Shown: positions 1-9,017 of the stretch, in pieces
How the letters are laid out: every line of letters starts with the position of its first letter
Position numbering within the stretch: the first letter of the stretch is position 1
Assembly (NCBI GenBank): GCA_041659045.1
Contig: JBAZZB010000002.1
Location: 231,412-295,411 of the forward strand
Length of the DNA: 64,000 nt
Direction: 5' to 3'
From: Patescibacteria group bacterium
GTDB lineage: Bacteria; Patescibacteriota; Patescibacteriia; SG8-24; DYFX01
Translations under genes and position numbers: made by a program
The notes under the pieces: generated by a model
The model's database searches: none
The model's input: only the letters and a program-made list of their open reading frames with translations
Told to the model about the DNA's origin: nothing

Positions 1-408
1 GCCGACGACGAAGCCCTTCATCATGCCGGGATCGAGCGCCTCCGCGGATCCGCTCTCCTCAGTCGGCTTCTTGCCTTCCTTGGGAGCATCGCCCGCACCG
101 CGCCCCATGGCATCGATCGCTTCGTTGAACGCCTCGTAGACAACGTCTCCGAGGAAGCCGGGGATGAGCTTCTTGACCTCATCCTTCGGCAGCTCGAACA
201 CGTTGCCCAGGAACTCGATGCCCTTCGAAATCAGGGCGTGGGCTCCGGGCACCATTTCCTCGAGGTTCTCCCCGAGCTGGCCCTTCTTGATCAGGCTGCT
301 CAGGAGCGACTCGAGCACGGAGGGAAGCTTCCCACCGAGCTTGTAGCCGAACTTGTCGGCCTGTGAACCGAGGAGCTTCGCGAGATTGAATAGCTTGTCA
401 TCGGACAT
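1..408 (-). CDS. Hypothetical protein, partial (runs off the window start), SD-led
   Basis: Read by hand: ATG at 408 (MSDDKLFNLAKLLGSQ...), open to position 1. GGAG SD and a minus-strand TTGACA-17-TAGACT promoter at about 507-535. Confidence 0.75.
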   Translation of the reverse strand, partial: MSDDKLFNLAKLLGSQADKFGYKLGGKLPSVLESLLSSLIKKGQLGENLEEMVPGAHALISKGIEFLGNVFELPKDEVKKLIPGFLGDVVYEAFNEAIDAMGRGAGDAPKEGKKPTEESGSAEALDPGMMKGFVVG

Positions 409-641
409 GTGAACTCCAGGTTGTCGAGGACCGACGAACCGGCCTCAGATTTAAGGCCGATTGCCACGTCTCTGGGGCAGAACTCCTGCTTCCAGCGTGA
501 CCGGGCAGTCTAGCACAAAGTTAGCTTTTTGTCAAGAGTTTTTGACACTATTTTGGCTATGATTAGGCCAGAAATACGCTTGCGAAATGCAAAAAAGCCC
601 GATATACTCTAAAAGGTTCTTATTCATATCTTCCCAGGGAT

Positions 642-1043
642 ATGGCCAAGCGAAAGGCGCAGGCAAAGAAAAACGAAGCGGTGAAGGTCGAGGAGCCTTG
701 GTTGGCCGACGAACTCGAGGGGCAACTCTCGGTCGACGTCTACCAAAAAGGCAACACTATCATTGTAAAATCAACGATCGCCGGGGTTGAACCTGAGGAC
801 CTCGAGATCTTCCTCAATCGCGACATGCTCACGATCAAGGGCAAGCGCGAGCACGAGGGACGCGTCGAGCGCGGCGACTATTTTATCCGCGAATGCTATT
901 GGGGACGTTTCTCGCGAACGATTATTCTGCCGAGCGACGTAAAGAGCGAAGAGGCGAAAGCGACTTTGAAAGATGGCGTTCTGACGATCGCTATGCCGAA
1001 AGCGCAGCACTCCCGCACTATCCCCGTAAAACTCATCATCTAA
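642..1043 (+). CDS. Hsp20/alpha-crystallin small heat shock protein
   Basis: LSVDVYQ, AGVEPEDLEI, ECYWGRFSRTIILP and LKDGVLTIAMPK motifs. Confidence 0.95.
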   Translation: MAKRKAQAKKNEAVKVEEPWLADELEGQLSVDVYQKGNTIIVKSTIAGVEPEDLEIFLNRDMLTIKGKREHEGRVERGDYFIRECYWGRFSRTIILPSDVKSEEAKATLKDGVLTIAMPKAQHSRTIPVKLII

Positions 1044-2960
1044 ATGTTCGATCGCCTCAAAAAAATCCTGCCGACTTCTCCCAGACACCTGGTGCTTGCA
1101 GGCGTTTTTTGTCTGCTCTTGATTTCGGGTCTCATCATGGTTCAGGTCGCGCGCGCGGACGGACGCATTTTGCCGAACGTGACGATCGGCGGTATTGATG
1201 TCGGCGGACTGACTCCGGATGAAGCGAAGACGAGACTCGACAACGCGCTCCGTGCATTGAACGTCGCTGGCGTACAGTTCCGCTATCAGGATCGTTCGTT
1301 GACCGTACGCGCCAATGACGTGAGCGCCGCGACGCCGACACAATCCCCCATCACCTACGATCTCAGCGGCATGGTGAACAGCGCCTTCGCCTTCGGTCAC
1401 GAAGATGGTAAGACCTCGCTGATCAAAGCGAACGTGCGCGCGCTCTTTGCTGACGTACGACAGCCTGTGCAACTTGTCGTGAACAAACAAGCGTTGCGTG
1501 ATCTTCTTGCGTTGCGCTTTAGCGAACTCGAACAGCCAGCACGCGACGCGGCGCTCACAATTGAACGTGTTGAGACTTCTTCAGGCAACGCGTCATCGAC
1601 GCCAACAACACGCGTTGACTGGCGCGTAAATGTTACTCCGGATTCGACAGGCATCACGTTTGATTACGATCGCGTCATCGACGAAGCGGCATCGGCACTG
1701 GAACGTTGGCAGGGCGTAGCGCTTGAACTTCACGCAACCACGAAAGTTCCGAGCGTCACCGTGACGGAGGCTGAGGGTGTCGTCGAGCGCGCGAAACAAG
1801 TTTTGGCTCGCGGTGACGCCAGCTTGGCCTACGACGACATGACCTGGTCGCTTTCTGACAAGGAGGTCGCAAAAGCCCTTATTGTATCGAGAAAAAGTGA
1901 CGGCCTTGTGGGACTGACTCTCAAACGCGACGTCTTAGAACCGCTCTTGAAAGAGGCGGCGAATGAAATCGAAAGCGATCCAAAACCCACGCGTTTCATT
2001 GTTGGTGAAGATGGTCGTGCGCACGACTTCCAAGGAGGCTCGCTCGGCAAGACTGTCGATTATGCAGCAAGCCTTGCGCGCGTCGATGAGCTGTTCGACA
2101 CCTCGGAGAACGGCATCTTCCCGATCGCTGTCACGACCGTCGCGGCCCCCGCATCGGATCCGATCGCCGAAGAACTCGGTATCAGCGAGATGCTCGGCTA
2201 TGGCACATCGAATTTTTCCGGCAGCCCAAAGAATCGGCGCATCAACATCGCGAACGGCGCCGCGCGACTCAACGGCATCATCGTGAAACCTGGCGAAGAA
2301 GTCGGTCTCATCGATTACTTGAAACCGTTTGATGCATCGGGCGGCTACGTACCGGAACTTGTCATCAAAGGCAACCGCACGGTACCGGAGTATGGTGGCG
2401 GCCTCTGCCAGATCGGCACGACAACGTTCCGTGCCACGATGGGCGCCGGTCTCCCGATCACGCAGAGGCAGAACCATTCGTATCGCGTGCGCTACTACGA
2501 ACCTGCCGGCACCGATGCGACATTGTATGACCCTGCTCCCGATTTCAAATTCGTAAACGACACGAAGTCGCATGCGATCTTGATTACGAAGATCACTGGC
2601 GATATCGCTCGATTCGAATTCTGGGGCACGCGCGACGGTCGCGTGCAGAAACAAGGGCCGATCAAGACATGGAACATCACCGCGCCGCCGGCTCCGAAAC
2701 TGATCGAAACTTCAGAACTCGCGGAAGGCGTGAAGAAATGTTTCGAATCTCCGCACGCCGGAGCAACGACGAACTTCACCTACTCGATCACCTATCCAGA
2801 CGGCACCGTGAAGGCACAAGACTTCCGTAGTGTCTACAAGCCGTGGCAGCAACAATGTCTCGTCGGCAAAGCGGGTGCGCCGCGTATCTCGCTCGGCAGA
2901 GACGGTTCGGTCAAAGAATTGCCACCGCTCGAATCGGCGACGAGCACGCCGGCGATTTAG
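1044..2960 (+). CDS. VanW family protein with N-terminal TM and peptidoglycan-binding repeats
   Basis: NRRINIANGA, GGGLCQIGTT, RQNHS, GTDATLY and DFKFVNDT VanW motifs. Confidence 0.9.
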   Translation: MFDRLKKILPTSPRHLVLAGVFCLLLISGLIMVQVARADGRILPNVTIGGIDVGGLTPDEAKTRLDNALRALNVAGVQFRYQDRSLTVRANDVSAATPTQSPITYDLSGMVNSAFAFGHEDGKTSLIKANVRALFADVRQPVQLVVNKQALRDLLALRFSELEQPARDAALTIERVETSSGNASSTPTTRVDWRVNVTPDSTGITFDYDRVIDEAASALERWQGVALELHATTKVPSVTVTEAEGVVERAKQVLARGDASLAYDDMTWSLSDKEVAKALIVSRKSDGLVGLTLKRDVLEPLLKEAANEIESDPKPTRFIVGEDGRAHDFQGGSLGKTVDYAASLARVDELFDTSENGIFPIAVTTVAAPASDPIAEELGISEMLGYGTSNFSGSPKNRRINIANGAARLNGIIVKPGEEVGLIDYLKPFDASGGYVPELVIKGNRTVPEYGGGLCQIGTTTFRATMGAGLPITQRQNHSYRVRYYEPAGTDATLYDPAPDFKFVNDTKSHAILITKITGDIARFEFWGTRDGRVQKQGPIKTWNITAPPAPKLIETSELAEGVKKCFESPHAGATTNFTYSITYPDGTVKAQDFRSVYKPWQQQCLVGKAGAPRISLGRDGSVKELPPLESATSTPAI

Positions 2961-3052
2961 ACTCACCCCCCTACCCCCTCTCTTTCAGAGAGGGGGTTTT
3001 GGTATCTGGAATCCTCCCCTGAAAGGGGAGGTGGCCGAAGGCCGGAGGGGTC
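2960..3052. repeat. REP/MITE-like multi-hairpin element, copy 1
   Basis: CCCCCTCTCTTTCAGAGAGGGGG and CCTCCCCTGAAAGGGGAGG hairpins. A near-identical inverted copy lies at 27155-27246. Confidence 0.85.
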
Positions 3053-3057
3053 TTAAA

Positions 3058-3094
3058 CAAAAAAACCCTCGACATACGTCGGGGGTCTTTTTTT
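3058..3094. terminator. Bidirectional intrinsic terminator
   Basis: A-run, CCCTCGACATACGTCGGGGG hairpin, T-run. Confidence 0.8.
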
Positions 3095-3288
3095 CTCCAG
3101 TATTTACGGAGTGGTCTGCAGAAAATCGCGCTCAAGAAGGTATCTGATAGAAGCGTTCGAGCCGGAGCCCGAAGTACCCTATGAGCTACCTCCATGCTTG
3201 TCGTGAGCGCGAGTTCCTATAGACCAGTGTGATTGGATCCGAAACGGTCGGGCTGTGACACAGAATGCAGAGCGCGGTGCTCAAGCAA
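3095..3288 (-). ncRNA. Candidate structured non-coding RNA, unknown family
   Basis: Minus-strand promoter TTGACA(3323-3318)-17-TAGTGT, a long hairpin at 3112-3226 and a terminator at 3058-3094. No credible ORF. Confidence 0.5.
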
Positions 3289-3430
3289 CGTCGAACACTA
3301 CCACGGGGTGGAAAACCTGTCAAGGAAATCATTCGGCTGTTTCACGAAATGTTTCATGTTTTATTGACGTTTTTAAGGCGAGCCGGGCATTTTTAGCCTT
3401 ATTTTGCCGTGTTTTGTCTGTCTGAAACCA

Positions 3431-3459
3431 TTGACAAAATAGGCTTTTTGTGATATCCT
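3431..3459 (+). promoter_or_regulatory. Sigma70-type promoter for the orphan island
   Basis: TTGACA-17 nt-TATCCT with extended TG. Confidence 0.75.
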
Positions 3460-3536
3460 GCTTCACATGAGCCTAGTCGCGGCTTTGCGACGAGCGCTCC
3501 CGTATTGCACGAAACCACCTGACTCAGGAGCACGCC

Positions 3537-3989
3537 GTGTCCAACCGCAAGCACCTTTCCTCGCTCCTCTCCAAGGAGACCAGCAACAAGGCCCTCGACG
3601 AGATCGAGGATCGCCGCATGAACGCCGAGCGCATGCGCGGCAAGTTCTGCGGCAGCAACCCGCCCTCGCGCTACATCGGGCTCTACGATGCCGTGGAGGT
3701 TGACGACGGCCGACTCGACCCGTTCGAGCGCAGCGGCTTCATCTCGGACGATCAGATCCCCGACGACCACGAGCCGTACGTGGAGGAGGACGACGAGGAG
3801 TACCTCGTCAGCGGCGGACTCCCGCCGGCCCCCACCAAGGCGACGCCTCACGGACCGCGCTCCAGCCAGAACTACGCGAAGAGCTACTACGACAGGCTGC
3901 CGCCGCTCAGCTGCGTGACCGTGATCATCAAGGGTCGCGGCCAGGTGCCGTACAAGGAGGTGCGCGAGCAGCTCCGCACGCAGCGCTGA
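3537..3989 (+). CDS. Hypothetical protein, SD-led
   Basis: GTG start after AGGAG, strong C/G third-position bias. Confidence 0.75.
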   Translation: MSNRKHLSSLLSKETSNKALDEIEDRRMNAERMRGKFCGSNPPSRYIGLYDAVEVDDGRLDPFERSGFISDDQIPDDHEPYVEEDDEEYLVSGGLPPAPTKATPHGPRSSQNYAKSYYDRLPPLSCVTVIIKGRGQVPYKEVREQLRTQR

Positions 3990-4028
3990 TCCTTCCCCCA
4001 TACATTCCCAGTCCAGTCAGGAGACACC

Positions 4029-4184
4029 ATGTTCGACACCGAAGACAACAGCAAGCTCATCGAGTCCCTCAACACCCTCAACATCACCCTCCAGAAGGTG
4101 CGCATCGACGGCACCTACCTCTTCACCGAGGACGACGTCGAGAACGCCGAGAAGTTCATCCGCACCTTCAACGAGGCGGCGTGA
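4029..4184 (+). CDS. Small hypothetical protein (51 aa) with a MerR/excisionase-wing-like motif
   Basis: AGGAG SD. Sequence MFDTEDNSKLIESLNTLNITLQKVRIDGTYLFTEDDVENAEKFIRTFNEAA, below the ORF-track cutoff. Confidence 0.7.
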   Translation: MFDTEDNSKLIESLNTLNITLQKVRIDGTYLFTEDDVENAEKFIRTFNEAA

Positions 4185-4351
4185 TGAAGATGATCGTCGC
4201 TTCCACCCAGAAGATCCGGGCAACGGCCTGGTACGAAGACTGCAGCCGCTACTCGGCGCAGTTCAACTGGCCCTTCGGCACCGGCGCCATCGTGGCGATC
4301 CTGCTCTTGATCGCCATCCTGGCGATCACGGGCGTCACCGCCAACCTCTGA
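4184..4351 (+). CDS. Small membrane protein (55 aa)
   Basis: TGATG overlap with the previous gene. C-terminal hydrophobic helix GAIVAILLLIAILAITGV. Confidence 0.65.
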   Translation: MKMIVASTQKIRATAWYEDCSRYSAQFNWPFGTGAIVAILLLIAILAITGVTANL

Positions 4352-4375
4352 AGCGCTAGCGCTTCACTCAGTCTC

Positions 4376-4439
4376 GGGGAGAGTGACGACCTCCCCTTCC
4401 GCAATTGGCTCCCGAATCTATCGGGGCCCGATGCCGGAA
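4376..4439 (+). repeat. Twin-hairpin intergenic RNA motif, variant copy (TTCCG/CGGAA)
   Basis: GGGGAG..CTCCCC hairpin directly followed by a TTCCG...CGGAA hairpin. Confidence 0.55.
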
Positions 4440-4490
4440 CAACCGGATCGCCAGTCAGAGTCCGCAGTACCGTACAACAAGGAGATCGAG

Positions 4491-5396
4491 ATGCAGCAGA
4501 ACGATTGCTTCAACCCCCGCGAGATCAAGCTCCTCACGTGGAGCCTGCGCGGAACCCCGCTCTACATTCTCATGGTCGTGATCGTGAAGCTCGCGACCGG
4601 CTGCGTCACGATCGAAGGTGACGATCCCGACATCATCGTCGTGAACGAGCCCGACGATCCCGAGCAGCCCGAGCCCCAGCCGGAGCCGACCGAGCCCGAC
4701 CTCGCCCCGCCCGATCCGCAGCCGGAGCCCGAGCCCTGGTGCGGGATGGAGACCGACATCACCGAGACCGACACCCCCGCCTTCGGCGAGGACTGGACGA
4801 ACGGACATCCGTTCGAAGTCGGTGGCGGCGTCGGCGCCATCGACATCGTCAGCGCGCCGGACTTCGTCTATGTGGTACTGAACTACTACGACGAGAGCAA
4901 CCTTCGGCGCCAGTACTGGGTCGTCGGCCAGCAGCTCGGCGTGAGCTACGTCGGTTGCGAGTTCTGGGTCCAGGACGTGGCGACCGACACGGCGAGGGCG
5001 CACATCTTGGTCAGCCGCATCTGTTGGTCCGAAGGCGGCACGGTCAACCACCGTGCCACCACCCTGTCGACGATCGACGTCGAGGAAGGACTGAATGGCA
5101 TCTGGCATCTCTGGGAGCTCGAGCAAGAGCAGGGCTGTCGGAACTACCAGATCGCGGCTGATGGCGCTGAGCTCGTCCTCGGAACGTACAACTGCCAGAC
5201 CGGGGGTCTCAGCGTCCGCCCGCTGCATCGCATGAGCGGCAACATCTGGGTCGGTGAGGAGAACATCCTCGTCGAGTACAACTACCCCTGGGCCTTCCAG
5301 CGCTTCATCGCATTCAACGCGACCGACGGCCTGCTGACCTACGAGCTCGCCGGCCAGCGCGACGTCCAGACCACCCGCTACCGCGCCTGCGAGTAG
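4491..5396 (+). CDS. Putative lipoprotein with PE-rich linker and beta-rich domain
   Basis: AAGGAG SD before ATG 4491, lipobox-like LATGC, PEQPEPQPEP linker. Confidence 0.75.
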   Translation: MQQNDCFNPREIKLLTWSLRGTPLYILMVVIVKLATGCVTIEGDDPDIIVVNEPDDPEQPEPQPEPTEPDLAPPDPQPEPEPWCGMETDITETDTPAFGEDWTNGHPFEVGGGVGAIDIVSAPDFVYVVLNYYDESNLRRQYWVVGQQLGVSYVGCEFWVQDVATDTARAHILVSRICWSEGGTVNHRATTLSTIDVEEGLNGIWHLWELEQEQGCRNYQIAADGAELVLGTYNCQTGGLSVRPLHRMSGNIWVGEENILVEYNYPWAFQRFIAFNATDGLLTYELAGQRDVQTTRYRACE

Positions 5397-5416
5397 CTCG
5401 CTCCTTCTCATGTCCG

Positions 5417-5514
5417 TCCTCTGAGGCGACGCGGCGCGTTCGACCACGAACGACGCCGCGTCGCCTTCAGCCCTTGGGCCACCGAGCAACGTGCTCGGAG
5501 ACCGAGGCCCTGAA
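5417..5514 (+). repeat. Twin-hairpin intergenic RNA motif, copy
   Basis: TCCTCTG, hairpin 1, then TTCAGCC...GCCCTGAA hairpin 2. Confidence 0.85.
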
Positions 5515-5549
5515 GCTCCCAGTACTCATCGGATCCAAAAGGACACACC

Positions 5550-6050
5550 GTGCGCAAGCTCTTCACCTCATTCAGCGGTCTCATACTCCTCCTGAGCAAG
5601 GACGAACAGAACATCCAGCAGGAGGACCTCGACTCTGGACTCTTCTACTTCGGGTGCGTGCGCGAACACCTGTTCGGATCACTCGAAGAAGACGGACCCG
5701 AACCTTCCAAGGAGGATCTGCTCTCCAGGAAGTGGTCGGAGCGTATCGCTCAAACGTACTCACAGCGGTTCGTCCGCAGGAAGCAGGCGCTCGCGCGCAT
5801 CCGGGAGACGATCCTCAAGGCGGAGGAGCAGGGCCGCGTCCTCTGGCGCCCCACACCAGCGGATGAGCGCAGCTACAGCGCCTTCAACGCCTTCCTGACC
5901 CAACACGGTCTCACTCCGATCAACCTCGACGACCTGTCGCATGACCGCTACAGCCTGTCGAACGACCGGTTCCACTCCCACGACGCCGCGGCACTGCTCG
6001 CGACGGCGGGTGAGCTGGAGGTCTGGACTCACATGCGCGTCACCGACTGA
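5550..6050 (+). CDS. Hypothetical protein
   Basis: GTG start after AAGGA, 166 aa, same codon bias as its neighbours. Confidence 0.7.
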   Translation: MRKLFTSFSGLILLLSKDEQNIQQEDLDSGLFYFGCVREHLFGSLEEDGPEPSKEDLLSRKWSERIAQTYSQRFVRRKQALARIRETILKAEEQGRVLWRPTPADERSYSAFNAFLTQHGLTPINLDDLSHDRYSLSNDRFHSHDAAALLATAGELEVWTHMRVTD

Positions 6051-6066
6051 CGTCACTCTCGTTCTT

Positions 6067-6139
6067 TCCTCTGGGAGGACATCGCGTCCTCTTCAGCCCT
6101 GGGCCACCGAGCAACGTGCTCGGCGACCGAGGCCCTGAA
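6067..6139 (+). repeat. Twin-hairpin intergenic RNA motif, copy
   Basis: Hairpin 2 is nearly identical to 5466-5514. Confidence 0.85.
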
Positions 6140-6173
6140 ACGACTGTACGAGACACCACCGCGAGGAGACAGC

Positions 6174-7964
6174 ATGCGCACCTTGACCTTGATCGCTTTC
6201 GTGATTGCCGCTTGTGCGGCCTGCGTCACCGTCGAAGGCGACGACCCCGACACCATCGTCGTGATCGACGACAACGACTGCGACGGCGGCGTTCCGGAGA
6301 CGGACGCCGCGCCGGAGCCCGATGCGTCACCCGACGCTTCGCCCGACGCCGCGCCCGTGCTTCCCTTCCTCCACTTCCTGTTCGGCGGACCGCCGAGCGG
6401 GACGGAGGTCGCGACCGGCGCCCAGAACGAGCCGGTGCTGTGCTACAACATGTCGGCGAACGCTGACATGGAGATCCGGCGCTTCCGCGTCCGACTCAGT
6501 GCCCAGCACGGATTCCTGCTCAACGGTTCCACCCCCCGGTTCGGCGACATCAAGATCGTCGGCGGGAGCGGAAACGTGATCGCGGGTCCGATGGAGCTCG
6601 ATGTCGGTGGCAGCAGCTGGACGCAGACGTTCGTGATGAACGACGTCTTCGGTCTCGCTGCCGGCCAGACGACCGGTGGTTGCATCCAGCTGGATGTGAG
6701 CGCCGACCGAGGGCTGCACAACGAGCACATCGCGGTCGCACTGCTGCCGTTCGAGCTGGGAGACGTCGTCGTCACTGGCGACAACTCCTCGCTCCCGCTC
6801 TCACAGAGCGACATCGGCAGCGGCCTCTCGACCGAGCTCGTGCTCAAGGCTCCCCCTGGCGTCATGACCTACACGCTCGCTCCGGACGACACTGAGTCCG
6901 CGGCAAGCATCGTGGTCGGCAGCTCGACGAACGTCGTGCTCGCCAAGTTCCGCTTCATGGCGCAGAACGAAAGCCTGAAGCTCACGAAGGTGCGCTTCCG
7001 GCTGACCGATGTCGTGTTCGATCCGTCCGTTCCGCACGGCGTGGCGCAAGTCACGCTCTGGGACGGCGCAACGCACGTCGCCGGCCCCGTTCCTCCGACC
7101 GCATCCGGTTTCATCGACTTCTCGGGCTTCACCTTCACCGTCCCCCAGGACGGCACGAAGACGCTGACCGTGAAGGCGACGCTGAACCAGGTCGGTCCGG
7201 CGGGCGCGAACACCGGCATCGATGTCGGCGTCACGCTCTGCTCCGGAAACAACACCCAGACCTGCTGGACCGGCGGCCCCGACCCGATGGAAGACGGAAC
7301 GTACGAAGTGCGCAGCGCGGCGACCAACGCCGTGGTTGACACGATCGGAAATTCCGGCAACATCCAGGGACGCGCGAAGATCCTGCGCAAGACGAAGCCG
7401 ACCGTGACGCTGAACAGTCTGCCGTCGTCGACCCTGTCGAACGGCACGCAGACGATTTCTCGCTTCACGATCACGGCAGATGCTGCGGGGGACGTCTCGC
7501 TGAAGACCATCTTGCTCCAGTCGACACTCGTTGACACCGGCTCCGCGATCCTCTCGATCTCGTCGCCGGCGCTTCGGGAAGTTGGCCAGGGCACGAACCT
7601 GCCGATCGTGCCGTTCGCGGTGATCTGCATCGCCAGCTCGAACTGTGTGACGCAGCTGACCTTCGCAACCGAGGAAGTCATCGCTGCAGGAACGGCCCGA
7701 ACGTACGAACTTCGCGTGAACGTCACCGGAGCGGACGTGACGGGTGAGTCGATCAGCACGAAGCTGCTCGGCGATACGACGCGCGTCACGGGGTCCCTCG
7801 CGGGTTTCGATGGCGAAGCGGTCGGTACCGGTGCCTATCACTTCATCTGGTCGGACAACAGTGCGATCCCGCACAGCGCGGTCGTCGGCGGCTCTGCCGA
7901 CTGGACCAACGGACATCTTGTCCGCGCCCTGCCGACGGACTCGCAGACGCTCGTCCGCAACTGA
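6174..7964 (+). CDS. Putative surface lipoprotein with repeated beta-sandwich (CPR S-layer-like) domains
   Basis: GAGGAG SD, signal peptide ending ACAAC, PDAS/PDAA linker, Thr/Gly-rich beta domains. Confidence 0.8.
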   Translation: MRTLTLIAFVIAACAACVTVEGDDPDTIVVIDDNDCDGGVPETDAAPEPDASPDASPDAAPVLPFLHFLFGGPPSGTEVATGAQNEPVLCYNMSANADMEIRRFRVRLSAQHGFLLNGSTPRFGDIKIVGGSGNVIAGPMELDVGGSSWTQTFVMNDVFGLAAGQTTGGCIQLDVSADRGLHNEHIAVALLPFELGDVVVTGDNSSLPLSQSDIGSGLSTELVLKAPPGVMTYTLAPDDTESAASIVVGSSTNVVLAKFRFMAQNESLKLTKVRFRLTDVVFDPSVPHGVAQVTLWDGATHVAGPVPPTASGFIDFSGFTFTVPQDGTKTLTVKATLNQVGPAGANTGIDVGVTLCSGNNTQTCWTGGPDPMEDGTYEVRSAATNAVVDTIGNSGNIQGRAKILRKTKPTVTLNSLPSSTLSNGTQTISRFTITADAAGDVSLKTILLQSTLVDTGSAILSISSPALREVGQGTNLPIVPFAVICIASSNCVTQLTFATEEVIAAGTARTYELRVNVTGADVTGESISTKLLGDTTRVTGSLAGFDGEAVGTGAYHFIWSDNSAIPHSAVVGGSADWTNGHLVRALPTDSQTLVRN

Positions 7965-8000
7965 CGTTCCTTCACCCTCAACCACAACTCTGTAGCGCTC

Positions 8001-8066
8001 GGGGATGTTCGCATCCCCTTCAGCCTCCGACATCCACGCGCTCATGCTGGATGCCGAAGCCCTGAA
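8001..8066 (+). repeat. Twin-hairpin intergenic RNA motif, copy
   Basis: GGGGATG-TTCG-CATCCCC followed by TTCAGCC...GCCCTGAA. Confidence 0.8.
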
Positions 8067-8096
8067 TCCGACAGTTCTTCAAAAGAGAGGTCCGCC

Positions 8097-8993
8097 GTGA
8101 ACAACTCCCTCGGTCACTTCCACAACCTGCTCCGCACCATCGACGCGCTCGTGCTGAAGATCAGCTCGCCCGGCCACAAGGTCGGCGAGAAGCTCAAGGC
8201 GCTCGCGGCCTACGAGAAGGAGCTCGAGACCATCCCCGTCCACATCAAGACCCAGCGGGAGCTCCTGCTCACCTGCGCCAACCCGGAGGCCGGCCTCGTC
8301 GTCGAAGCGAACAAGCTTCTGCGCCGCATGCGCGACAACTGGGAGGGCTGCCTCCGCACCGACGCGCTGCTCGAGAAGCTGCGCAAGGAGATGTCGCGCA
8401 AGCGGCACATCACCGTCGCGGTGCAGACCATCGAGAGCGAGATCGCGGTGCTCGTCGCTTCCAACAAGGAGCGGCGCGCGACGTACCTCGAGCTCATGGC
8501 GCAGTACGTGGCCCTCGCGCACGTCGATCACCTCAACCGCGAGGCGCTGACGATCCGCACCGAGCTCAAGATCGTCTCCCTGGAGCAGCTGCTCGAGGAG
8601 AAGCTCGGCGAGCTCGACGAGGCGATCGCGTTCGCCGAGGAGGTCGCGATGGATCTCGACCAGCGCGCCAAGCGCCACCAGAAGGCCGTCGAGGCCCGCG
8701 CCAAGACGGAAGCCGAGGCCAAGGCCAAGGCGGAAGCCGAGGCGGTGGCGGCCACCGTCACGATCCCCGGGTTCGAGAACCCCGATGGTTCGCCCATCGA
8801 GTTCGAGAACGTCGAGCTCGACGCGCTCCCGCCGATCACCGTGCACCCCGCGATCGACCCCGATCTCGCGGCGTACATGAAGATCGAGGGGCTCGACCCC
8901 GAGAGCCCCGACGACGTCGCGCTCGCGATGGCGACGGCCGACTCGGGCGATCTCGTGGCCGCGCGCGAGATCTTCAGCAGCTGCACGGTCTGA
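8097..8993 (+). CDS. Coiled-coil hypothetical protein with acidic tail
   Basis: GAGG SD, GTG start, helical E/K/A-rich sequence. Confidence 0.8.
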   Translation: MNNSLGHFHNLLRTIDALVLKISSPGHKVGEKLKALAAYEKELETIPVHIKTQRELLLTCANPEAGLVVEANKLLRRMRDNWEGCLRTDALLEKLRKEMSRKRHITVAVQTIESEIAVLVASNKERRATYLELMAQYVALAHVDHLNREALTIRTELKIVSLEQLLEEKLGELDEAIAFAEEVAMDLDQRAKRHQKAVEARAKTEAEAKAKAEAEAVAATVTIPGFENPDGSPIEFENVELDALPPITVHPAIDPDLAAYMKIEGLDPESPDDVALAMATADSGDLVAAREIFSSCTV

Positions 8994-9017
8994 CCGCTCA
9001 CAACGTCGCACCTTTCT

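Noticed and set aside
2971-3195. 74-aa minus-strand ORF
   Set aside because: It runs through a terminator and a REP element with no coding bias.
3338-3362. parS site
   Set aside because: Only two direct half-sites (TGTTTCACG, TGTTTCATG), not the 16-bp palindrome.
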